A DNA stretch of 64,000 bases from a virus (IMGVR_UViG_3300045977_000235:39466-103465), one strand, 5' to 3'; numbered from the stretch's first letter, positions 10,352-19,592 are shown. Made by a program: numbers and translations. Notes: generated from the letters alone by a model not told the origin.

Positions 10352-10723
10352 TTATCGTATCGTTATGTTGCCTGAAATGCTACCTTTCCTCTCTTTCTTA
10401 GGTAGACTTTCTCTTATGATTTGCTCTGTTACCTTTAGACTTGCACCGTACTTTTCTTGTGCTCTGTCTATATCCTCTTGTGACATACTACAGATCTGAT
10501 TAAATAATTTAATCGCTCTATCTTGTGAGCAATTGAGAACGCCACATAAACGAGTAAGAGTATCAATGTTTACTGGCGTTTTTTGGTAGTACGTAGGCAG
10601 ACCAACTATGATGTCACCTTGCAAGTGTAGCGTTTCATCTACTGTATATCTACCAGACTTTAGCTTGAGTGTATCTGGTATCTTGATTGCTTTAATTGCA
10701 GCATATAGTAAGTCTCTTGTCAT
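10352..10723 (-). CDS. Hypothetical protein
   Basis: GAGGT RBS; contains an internal palindrome copy (AIKLFNQ). Confidence 0.55.
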   Translation of the reverse strand: MTRDLLYAAIKAIKIPDTLKLKSGRYTVDETLHLQGDIIVGLPTYYQKTPVNIDTLTRLCGVLNCSQDRAIKLFNQICSMSQEDIDRAQEKYGASLKVTEQIIRESLPKKERKGSISGNITIR

Positions 10724-10740
10724 TAGCTTATACCTCTATT

Positions 10741-11067
10741 CTAGTGCTGCTTTTTTAACTTGATAGACATGACATCTGCAAGTAAATCTATCATCTCTTG
10801 CTTTGGCATTGTCCAACTATCGCCTAAAATACTTTCATAATGTTTCTCTGTTATGCTGTGCAAGTATTGTATCTGGTTTAATACTTCCTCCCAAGTACTA
10901 TCTTTATGTATCATATACATAACAGCAAGTTTTGTTTCTTGCGATGGTACTTTACTTGCTACAGATTGCTTGTGATTTGCTTGTGCTCTTTTTGGCTTTG
11001 CTATTACATCTTGAGTACACAAGACAAGAGACACTACAAGCAACATAAACACGCAAAACTTTTTCAT
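10741..11067 (-). CDS. Hypothetical exported protein
   Basis: MKKFCVFMLLVVSLVLC...VIA signal-peptide-like N-terminus. Confidence 0.5.
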   Translation of the reverse strand: MKKFCVFMLLVVSLVLCTQDVIAKPKRAQANHKQSVASKVPSQETKLAVMYMIHKDSTWEEVLNQIQYLHSITEKHYESILGDSWTMPKQEMIDLLADVMSIKLKKQH

Positions 11068-11409
11068 TCTCTTTCCCCTATGAAACGAGAGCACACAAGC
11101 GTATTGTGTAGTGTGCTCTCAGAATACCGTTTTTTCGTCCTACAATACGCCAAATTTCGATTTGTTTTCCAAGGTAGTGTGTTTATACATCTTGAGAAAA
11201 CAAATCGTTTTTAGGGCAAAACAGAGCATAAAGTAAAAAAGACTCGTTACACTCAAGACAGAGCAACAAATTTGCTGCATCTACTATTGTGCAAGTATCA
11301 TCTGTTACTGCTTGCTTGCAATTATCACAAAAGCTTTTGATTGTCATATGATGCTACTCCTAAAAAATAAAGAGAGCACAGTATCATACTGTGCTCTCGT
11401 ATTGTTTAC

Positions 11410-12768
11410 TTATTTGTTGAGCTTTGCAATTTTATCATAACAGACTTTCAAGTCTGCTACATAGTCCAGAGTACCATCTTTGGACTTTTCAAAATTGATA
11501 AGCATAAGCAAAACATTTTGCAAGCCAACACTTGCTCTTGCTCTTACTACGTTTGTATTAGCAGACATAAGCAAAGCTTTTACTGCGGGATCTTTCTCTT
11601 TAGAGAAGTCTGTACCTAAAGATACTGGCGTATCAGACCTTGGCGTACTTGATACAGTACCTTTATTTGTTGGTGCATTGTTAGGAGTAGCAGGTACATT
11701 GCTTGTGCTAGCAGGTACATTGTTTGTACTTGCTGGCTTGCTAGTACTTGCTTGTGACTTGCTTGTGCCAGTGTTAGCAGTACTAGCAGATCCCTTCGGT
11801 CTGCCTCTTGTACTGCCTTGTGTGCCAGTACCTTGTTTTGGTGCTTTGTTGCCGTTTTTAATGATTTGCTGTGCTAGTGCATCATTCTGTACTTTAGTCT
11901 CTTGTGTAGTGCTATTGTTGCCGTACTTCTTACCTGTCGCAACAATACTCTGAGCAGTAGTAGCACTAATAAGACCTTTCTCTACTGCCTCTACTACCTC
12001 TGGTGTAGCTTGTAACAAGCTAAGCTTTTGTGTAACCCAAGGTGCAGTTTTGCCCATTTTGCTAGCTATATCTGCTTGAGTCCATTTATGCTCTTTAATC
12101 AAGCAAGCAATACACTCTGCAATTTCCATTGCTTCTAATGATTTGCCTTGATTGCTTGTAAGATTTGCAAACAAGAGCTTGTCTCTTGCTGTATCCTTGT
12201 CTGCATACATAGCAGGTAAACCATTGATAGCAAAACCATCTGCTATCAATTCTCTTGCTGCTTGTAAACGTCTGTGACCTTCGGTCAAGTACAGAGTAAA
12301 TGCACCGTTTACTGTATCTGCATATACCTTGATAGGAGGAAGATTCGCAGTACCGTTTACCTTGATATAATCTTTCAAGTCTTGCAAATCAAGGTTTTTT
12401 CTAGGATTAATACCTGCAATTGTTTGTACTTTGTTAGGATCGACAAGGAAAGCGTCTAAAGATTGCAAGATACCATTAGACTCTGGCGTAGTGGTAACAG
12501 TAGACTTGCTTGCTTTTGGTGTCTTTACTTTAGGCATTGTAGCAGTATCCTCTTGAGTAGTGGTAACAGTCTCTTGCACCGTAACAGTAGACTTGTTAGC
12601 TTTAGGCGTTTTTGGTGTCTTATTTGCTGGTATGGTAGCAGTATCCTCTTGTGCAATGATAGACTTTGTTTGACCGTTTACTGTAATCGTAGCAGACTTG
12701 AGAGCAGTATCCTCTTGTACGTTGTTAGTAACGATAGACACACTAGCAGACTTTTTAACTTTAGGCAT
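11410..12768 (-). CDS. ParB/Spo0J-family protein (ParB N-terminal CTPase-like domain plus HTH) with repetitive basic tails
   Basis: NPR..DL..L...I...G...PPI.V...L..GHRRL.A arginine patch; N..QGK.L...E.A; WTQADIASKMGKTAPWVTQKLSLL HTH; V.KG.IS...A. Confidence 0.85.
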   Translation of the reverse strand: MPKVKKSASVSIVTNNVQEDTALKSATITVNGQTKSIIAQEDTATIPANKTPKTPKANKSTVTVQETVTTTQEDTATMPKVKTPKASKSTVTTTPESNGILQSLDAFLVDPNKVQTIAGINPRKNLDLQDLKDYIKVNGTANLPPIKVYADTVNGAFTLYLTEGHRRLQAARELIADGFAINGLPAMYADKDTARDKLLFANLTSNQGKSLEAMEIAECIACLIKEHKWTQADIASKMGKTAPWVTQKLSLLQATPEVVEAVEKGLISATTAQSIVATGKKYGNNSTTQETKVQNDALAQQIIKNGNKAPKQGTGTQGSTRGRPKGSASTANTGTSKSQASTSKPASTNNVPASTSNVPATPNNAPTNKGTVSSTPRSDTPVSLGTDFSKEKDPAVKALLMSANTNVVRARASVGLQNVLLMLINFEKSKDGTLDYVADLKVCYDKIAKLNK

Positions 12769-12859
12769 TGCTTCTATATCCTTGTGAGTAGTGAGAGCAT
12801 AACACTATGCTATGCTCTCTTGATTAAATTATTTAATCCCTAGCAGATGGACAGTAGTT

Positions 12860-13171
12860 TTATAGGCTTTCTCTTTCTCTGATAAGTTTATCAATACGAC
12901 AATCAAGATCCATCTTGTATTGCTCTTGCAATGCATCCTTGGTAGTCTGCAAAGTCTCAAGCTCTTTTTGCAAGAGCTTTATTCTGTTTTCCCTACACTC
13001 AATTGACCTTGTTACCTCTCGCCATTGTTGACGTACAGACTTTACAAGGTACTGCTTGCCAGATACATACTTGCTTGCTGGTATTGCTTTCTTGCCAGTA
13101 TATGCTTTCGTACTAGCAAGCTTGCTGTACATTGTTGCTGGCATTGTCTCAACAATAGTCTGCTCTTTCAT
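12860..13171 (-). CDS. Hypothetical coiled-coil protein
   Basis: AGGGAAAG RBS; heptad-like C-terminal half. Confidence 0.55.
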   Translation of the reverse strand: MKEQTIVETMPATMYSKLASTKAYTGKKAIPASKYVSGKQYLVKSVRQQWREVTRSIECRENRIKLLQKELETLQTTKDALQEQYKMDLDCRIDKLIRERESL

Positions 13172-13587
13172 CTGCTTTCCCTTATAGTGTAGTGAGCAAT
13201 TGTTACAAGGTACAAGATACGATTTGCTTATAGTCTCTTTCCTCTCTTATAGTGTGCTTTTACTCTCGCCAGAATTTTGCATAATGTACAAGGCAATAAT
13301 GGCAGAAAAGATACTCAAGACAAGCAAGCTTGTCTATCATCCTAAAGATCCATACTGGCATAGTATAGTGTACTTCTTGCTTTTCCCATTTACAGCAAGT
13401 AATACCTTTAAACTCAATATGCCTCTTGTATCTGCCATTGATAGCGTTTTGTACAAGATACTTGATTCTGTTTTGCATTGTGCTTTCCTCTCGCTTGCAC
13501 TCAAGACAGAGTGCTATGCAATAATTGTACCATTCGGCCACTAATTAAAGCAAGTAAAGTTTTGATGCTAGCAAATCACTAGCAAGT

Positions 13588-13974
13588 CTACAGAGAAAAG
13601 TACATATAATCGCTATATGTACTGTAATGTGTCTGCTTGTTAAACAGAAAAACAATTGTACCTTCGTGACCTTGTACTGTTACCTCTATATAATTGTTTG
13701 TCTCTTTTCTTACTCTGCCATACTGTAAGCTATTATCTGCCATACTCTGGATCTTTACTTTTTCCCCTATCATATGTTTGTTAGTAGATACGGTATGCTC
13801 TACAGTAGGATGCACTCTTACAAGGTATGGATTATTTGCTACTCGCTTGACCTCTATCTTGTCGTTTACCTTTAGACCATAATGCGATCCGTATAATTCC
13901 TCTGCTTTACTGTTACGTCTTACTCTCACTACTACTCTGCCATTATTTACTGCGATTACTTTAGCTTGTGCCAT
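13588..13974 (-). CDS. Hypothetical protein, paralog family B
   Basis: AGGAG RBS; C-terminal half resembles 14440-14649. Confidence 0.6.
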   Translation of the reverse strand: MAQAKVIAVNNGRVVVRVRRNSKAEELYGSHYGLKVNDKIEVKRVANNPYLVRVHPTVEHTVSTNKHMIGEKVKIQSMADNSLQYGRVRKETNNYIEVTVQGHEGTIVFLFNKQTHYSTYSDYMYFSL

Positions 13975-14439
13975 TGTTCATACTCCTATGGTAAATGGAA
14001 AAAGCACAGTACAATACTGTGCTCTTGCTAGCTAGTCTCTTGTTTCCTCTTGCTCTCTTTCATCGTTACAAGTAGAGCACACTATAACGATGAAAGAGTA
14101 ATCTGCATTGTGCTCTACAATATAGGCAGTATTGCCACAGTCTGGACAACAAAGATCTTCCATTATGCTTTCCCCTATATATGATTTGCGACAAGAAACA
14201 AAACAAGGATAAACAAAACGAGACTTGTACAGACAATCCAGAAAGCAGACATTAGTTTATCCTCTTTACAGTGTAGTACTTGCTATCTTTCTGTACCCTA
14301 TGTACTACACGCCTATAGTGAAAATGCATTAAAACACGGTAACAGTATCTTTCCTCTCTTATTACTCTACCATACTGTGTCTTACCATCTATAGAGCAAG
14401 TAATAGATACTTCGTATTCTGTAAACATACTTTCCTCTC

Positions 14440-14649
14440 TTACTCGTTAGGATACAGAAAAAGATAATCTTGGAAGGTACAACGTAACTGTGAGCTTTTA
14501 TTAAACCTATACTGTACCTTTCTGTTACCGTAAGAGGTAAGAGCAATTGTGATATAGTCGCTTGTTTCTCTTACCACTACACCGTATTGCGTGTAACTAT
14601 CCATTGTTCTAACAGTCTTGATTGTTTGCCCTAACAATTGATACTGCAT
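14440..14649 (-). CDS. Hypothetical protein, paralog family B
   Basis: G..K...M...QYG.V..ET..YI...F.FNK...DY shared with 13588-13974. Confidence 0.6.
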   Translation of the reverse strand: MQYQLLGQTIKTVRTMDSYTQYGVVVRETSDYITIALTSYGNRKVQYRFNKSSQLRCTFQDYLFLYPNE

Positions 14650-15619
14650 TATGCTCTTTCCTATCGGATTAAATTATTTAATCTGAGAGCATACCAGAGT
14701 ATTGCCTTGTACTCTTTAAACAAGCTTTGTCTTTACTCACAGTAAAGTCTGGCGATTCGTAGCACGTGCTACAGATTTGCTTGTAAAGTATGCTCTCTTT
14801 CCAGAGTACAGTAGAGTGCTACCACTACTCTTTAACAAGCTTTGCGATACTCGCAAGTATCGCTTGGTGATCCATAGCATGTAACATGCTACAGTTTTGC
14901 TTGTACCTTGTACTCTGTAATGCTCTGCACTATAGACTTGCAATCTATAATTGTTGCATTACAAGCAATACCTAAGTCTTATTGTGTGCTTAGTTAATAC
15001 CTCTCTATACTAGCATGGTATATATTGCTTGTGCTCTGCAATGTACAGAGTCCAGATAGACAAGAGGTATAGTCTTACAAGGTAAGTTTTGTTTACAAGA
15101 GAGCATACCTTAGTATGCTGCATAACAAGTAAACAATGTTTGCTCTGCTATTGTCTCTTATCATCTGCTTTTATTTTTTCATCTTGTCTCAAGTACACAA
15201 TATATATACGCTCTTATCATGGCGTATGCTCTTATCATTCGCAAGAGTGTACTTCTATAGTCTTACTTGTTACTCGTATCAATGCACCGTTTACTTTATC
15301 AATATGCTATGTTTGCTTATGCAATCTTATAGACTTACTTATTGATAGGCTTTCCATATGCGTATGCTTTTTAGCTAGCGTCTTATATGATACTTTGCAA
15401 TGCTATAGGCTGTTATGGTTTGGCGTACCAGAGGATAGTATTGCATTGTGTTTTACAATGTTATCTATCCTGCTAGGGTTATCTTAGGCTAACCCTTAGT
15501 TTTACCTGCTAGCATACCTCATGCTGTTACTGGCTCTACTGCTTGAGTACCCTACCAAGTCTCAAGTATGCCTCTACATCTACCGTATGCCTGCTATTTG
15601 GTTTTAAAAGAGCAAAAAA

Positions 15620-15649
15620 ATTGTAACAAGTTTATCGGAATTAAAGCAA
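15620..15649 (-). promoter_or_regulatory. Possible sigma70 promoter facing the early block
   Basis: TTGCTT-18-TACAAT on the - strand. Confidence 0.35.
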
Positions 15650-15770
15650 GCAAACTTTAACTGTATTTTTTTTCAATATGTTATGCGGATTAAATTATTT
15701 AATCCGCTATATTCTGGCGTGTTTTCTAGGCTTTCCTCCTATGTACCCAAAGGTACGCGCTTGCATATGT

Positions 15771-15786
15771 TGCAAAGTGTATGCCA
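15771..15786 (-). promoter_or_regulatory. Sigma54-type -24/-12 element
   Basis: TGGCATACACTTTGCA vs consensus TGGCACG-N4-TTGCW, exact GG-N10-GC spacing. Confidence 0.55.
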
Positions 15787-15854
15787 AACTATGGCATTAT
15801 TGATACTCGTTTCTCATTGTGTGCATTTTTTCTGTTTTGCCCTATATCGTAGTC

Positions 15855-15870
15855 TGGCATACTTTTTGCT
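15855..15870 (+). promoter_or_regulatory. Sigma54-type -24/-12 element
   Basis: TGGCATACTTTTTGCT. Confidence 0.5.
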
Positions 15871-16050
15871 TGTGCGTTTTGCCCTATCGAATGCCGTTTT
15901 TTGGTGTCTGTAAAGCTCTATACTGCGTTTTGATGGTAAGACGTGCTACCATACTGGCATATGCCGAAAAATTGAAAATAGAGAAAGCATACGCATCTTG
16001 ACTAGCAAGTATGCCATATTGTAATTTTTTCCTCTCAAGTCTGCATAGTC

Positions 16051-16066
16051 TGGCATACTTTATGCT
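16051..16066 (+). promoter_or_regulatory. Sigma54-type -24/-12 element
   Basis: TGGCATACTTTATGCT. Confidence 0.4.
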
Positions 16067-16189
16067 GCGTAAAAAAATTGCATTATTGATATTTTTTATC
16101 ATTCCTCTGCTAACAATAGATCATAGTCACAGCCTATTAAAAACAGACTTTTTCATAGAAAAAATTCATAAAAAAATTTTACGAATTTT

Positions 16190-17010
16190 ACCTTGTACTG
16201 TCGTTTACATCCTATGCATAACGTTTACACCATACGATAAATGTATGCTTTCATCTGTTTTTATCCTCTCTTATTCTACTGTTATCCTCTAATGTCTGCT
16301 TTTATCCTCTATCGTATGCTTTTATCGTATAACGTATACGATAGTATGCAATCGTATACTTTTGACGGATTAAATAATTTAATCGTTTACATTTTGCGTG
16401 TTACGTATACGAAAAGATCCATCTGTAAACTTTATTATCATAAAGTTTACAGTCTGGCAGAGTGCAGACTGTTAGCTAAGGTCTTAACAATCTTATAGCT
16501 AATCACCTATCGACTTCGGCCATGATTAAATAATTTAATCTTTCTCATTGTGAGATACTTTTCAAAAATGAAAATGAGAATCAAAAAGATTAAATAATTT
16601 AATCGCCTATTAAAGATCTTTAAGACCTCATAGTGAGTACATAAAAAATAATAAGACCGCAACAATAGACTTATAAAGACCGTAGAAATATTGGTATACG
16701 CCTATATGGTCCTTAGACGTATAGCTATATATACATATTGCTGCGGTCTTTATTAAAGAATTTAATCGTGTCAAAATTTTGACACGTCAAAAATTTTACA
16801 CCTGTTAGAATTTTGACAATAAAGACCTTGTTTTTACGTCATTTTTTTGACATGGGGGTTGCGCGTGCGTGCGCGTGTGACGTGTGTGCGAGAGGGATAT
16901 GTGAGAAAAGAGAAGGTCTTTGGTGGGAGTGTGTGTATTTTTGGTGAGTGTATAGGAAATTTTATAGAGATATATGTATATAGTATATACATATATACAT
17001 ATATCTGTGT
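16190..17010. repeat. Right non-coding motif array mirroring 2640-3570
   Basis: CGTTTACA/CGTATACG repeats, TAGCTAAGGTC, CTATATGGTCCTT, AAAATGAGAATC, four TGTCA-N6-TGACA-like boxes at 16769-16852, four 15-bp palindromes. Confidence 0.7.
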
Positions 17011-17880
17011 GCGAAATATTTATAAATTTAATTCTAATTTTAATTTATTATATAGCAAAATTTTTTCTTCTCGTTCACGCTCGGAATTTTTTTCACGGCG
17101 CAATAAACTTTTTTCTCTGCGAATTAACCGTGCAATCGTTTCATTTTCTGTTTCCATTTGCTTCTGAAAAATCTCACATTCAATCCACATTTCTCCCCAT
17201 TCTTCTGACATTTTTATTTTCAAAAACTTCCGAGAATCACCACTGACTTTGTGAATTTGTGGATAATCTTTTTCCAGGTTGTACTGTAAATCCACAAAAA
17301 AATCACGGAAAGAATCATACGTTGCCGTAAAAGTGTAACGATTCATACAAAAAAGAATCATGTCAATTTGTTTTTCAATTTGTTTGCGTTCTGTTTCAAC
17401 ATTGTACTTTTCTCGGATGAAATTCTCTGTGATTTCCATGTGATTTTCTCCTGGTTTTCTTTTGAAATGTGTATGGATTTGTGTAGGATTTTCTACAGAA
17501 ATCAAAACGAAATTGAATTGATTTCTGTAGAAAATTGAAATGAAAATGAAATGAAAAATGATCCTATTTCGCTATGCCCCCGCCCATTTTTAGGGTTAAA
17601 GTGACTCCCTCTATATATTTCTATTAACAAACAAAATTAAATTATTTAATCCTCCCCTATCCGTACTATTAAAAAACATATAGTAAAGAACAATGTCCAT
17701 AACAAACAGAATACTACGACTCCTAACTCTGGTATATACTTCCTCATATTTTCCCTATGAGAATAGGTTCGTGAACACTGTTAGTATATACAGTATAACA
17801 TAGACTCCACATAATATCAATCCAAAGATAAAGAATAATAAAACGTATATACCATTATTATCATCTTTCATTGTGCGCCT

Positions 17881-18132
17881 TTATACTTTCCATAGTGGTG
17901 TCATCAACATTTGGGTAGCAGTCATATCTCCTACTTCCTTTGTTCTATCTACAGGATCTAATATTAGGTTCAATGTATCAGGTCTAAGTCCATAAACAAT
18001 GTATTGATGATCTGATTTATAATCCTGTGCATCATGTACAGCAATCAATCCTACTACCATAAACAATTGTCTATTACCATCCTTCTCTGGTGCCTTACCC
18101 ATGTGCCTCATTATTACCTGACCTGTAATCAT
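17881..18132 (-). CDS. Hypothetical protein
   Basis: AAGGAGA RBS. Confidence 0.55.
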   Translation of the reverse strand: MITGQVIMRHMGKAPEKDGNRQLFMVVGLIAVHDAQDYKSDHQYIVYGLRPDTLNLILDPVDRTKEVGDMTATQMLMTPLWKV

Positions 18133-18796
18133 ATATCTCCTTATTCAAATACTAATGTTAGGGTATATAATACACTGACAATAAATATCAACCAGCATAC
18201 AATGAACAATGCCATGACAATAATGTGTATGTTATCCCTCACGTTCAGCTACCGTTTCATGTATCGTATAATTAAATCTATCAAGTTCAATATAGAGTCT
18301 CTGATAATCTTGTATAGCTTTTCCTAAGTTATGAATAGATTGTTTATGATAGGTTATTATATCATAGTCTTTTGCATGGTCGGCAACTATTTTTCCAAGG
18401 TCTTTTAACAAGGTATCTAAGTGTTGATACGCTACATTGTATGCATAGTCTAGTGCATCCTTTTCAGTATCAAAATCTTTGCCATAAATACAGTACACAT
18501 CTTTTGTTCGTTTCTTAATCATAGTCGTATCTTCTTTAGTAGTAGTGTGAACTTTCATATTCTTCATCCTCTCCCATTTCATCTTCTTCATCATTCTTAT
18601 CAAAAAGTATGCCCGATGTACCATAATAATACACGTTAGGTAATACAGTAAACATATAGTATTTATGAAAATCAGGGTGTTTTGTTTTTATAAGTCGTAT
18701 TGCATCTCTCTTGTCATCGGCGGCAACAATATATATGTCTGTATCATAGTAAGTAATCTGCCAAATAAGATACACAGTCTTACCCATACTCATATG

Positions 18797-18982
18797 TTAT
18801 CCTTTTGTACCAAGAGATACCATCTCTCCATCCATCTGTATCTCTTGTGTTTGTAATAGACGTTCTACTGTTAAATCAAAATGTAAATCAAAAATAAATT
18901 GCAATCGTTCTTTGATGTCGTAGATAGAGAGGCTTTTATTCTCTATACAAAATTTAATATGTTGTTTTAAAAATTCATGCAT
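18797..18982 (-). CDS. Small hypothetical protein, paralog family C
   Basis: LQ.IF..HF....E.L....I....VSL..K shared by three tandem ORFs. Confidence 0.6.
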   Translation of the reverse strand: MHEFLKQHIKFCIENKSLSIYDIKERLQFIFDLHFDLTVERLLQTQEIQMDGEMVSLGTKG

Positions 18983-18985
18983 ATA

Positions 18986-19174
18986 TTATTCCTTAGTAAC
19001 AAGGGATGCTACATCATTTGTTATTTGTATTTCTTCATTCCGTACAAGAAACTCCATTGTAATAGCAAAGTGTGATTCAAAGATATATAGTAACTGCATA
19101 TGTAATTCTTGAACAGGAACAGATGGATTCTCTTTCAAAGTATCTAAGATATACCGTATCAACGTGTTATACAT
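18986..19174 (-). CDS. Small hypothetical protein, paralog family C
   Basis: YI...L......ELH.QL..IFE.HF....E.LV. Confidence 0.6.
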   Translation of the reverse strand: MYNTLIRYILDTLKENPSVPVQELHMQLLYIFESHFAITMEFLVRNEEIQITNDVASLVTKE

Positions 19175-19378
19175 TTATACATCCTTTGCAACAAGGTAGA
19201 CTGTATCATTGACTATAGATACATCTTGTGTCTCTACAAGAGACTCCAGTGCTACATCAAAATGAAATTCAAAAGCATTCTGTAGTTCCTGATGGAGTTC
19301 AACAAAAGATAAAGAATAATCTTCTTTATCTTCAAGGGCAGATATGATATAGGCTTGGAGTAATTCATGTAACTTCAT
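19175..19378 (-). CDS. Small hypothetical protein, paralog family C
   Basis: YII.AL......ELHQELQ..FE.HFD...E.LV. Confidence 0.6.
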   Translation of the reverse strand: MKLHELLQAYIISALEDKEDYSLSFVELHQELQNAFEFHFDVALESLVETQDVSIVNDTVYLVAKDV

Positions 19379-19592
19379 TATACTTTACTTTCTAGTTTTA
19401 TGATTCTCTTTTGTAGTTCCCCGTTTTCTATGGAGAGATCGTAGAGTTCTCTTTGTATTCTATGTTCAATCTTCTCTATACGATCTAATAGTTTCTCACA
19501 GAAACTTTGGAGTTGTCTTATAGATCTGTACTCCCATGAATATTGATGCCCGTAATTCCCATCTAGTTTCATATGTTCTCCTATTAAATAAT

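Noticed and set aside
8418-11953. Long + strand ORFs (8418-8930, 11480-11953) and other + strand ORFs beyond 2.5 kb
   Set aside because: They are antisense shadows of well-supported - strand genes, with no RBS or recognisable motifs.
15089-16498. ORFs in the 15-16.5 kb region
   Set aside because: Cys/Leu/Tyr-rich translations without RBS that overlap regulatory repeats; probably non-coding.
2724-16858. Transposon or integrative element bounded by inverted repeats
   Set aside because: No transposase, integrase or recombinase is recognisable inside, and the genome-wide palindrome occurs both inside and outside, indicating long residence.
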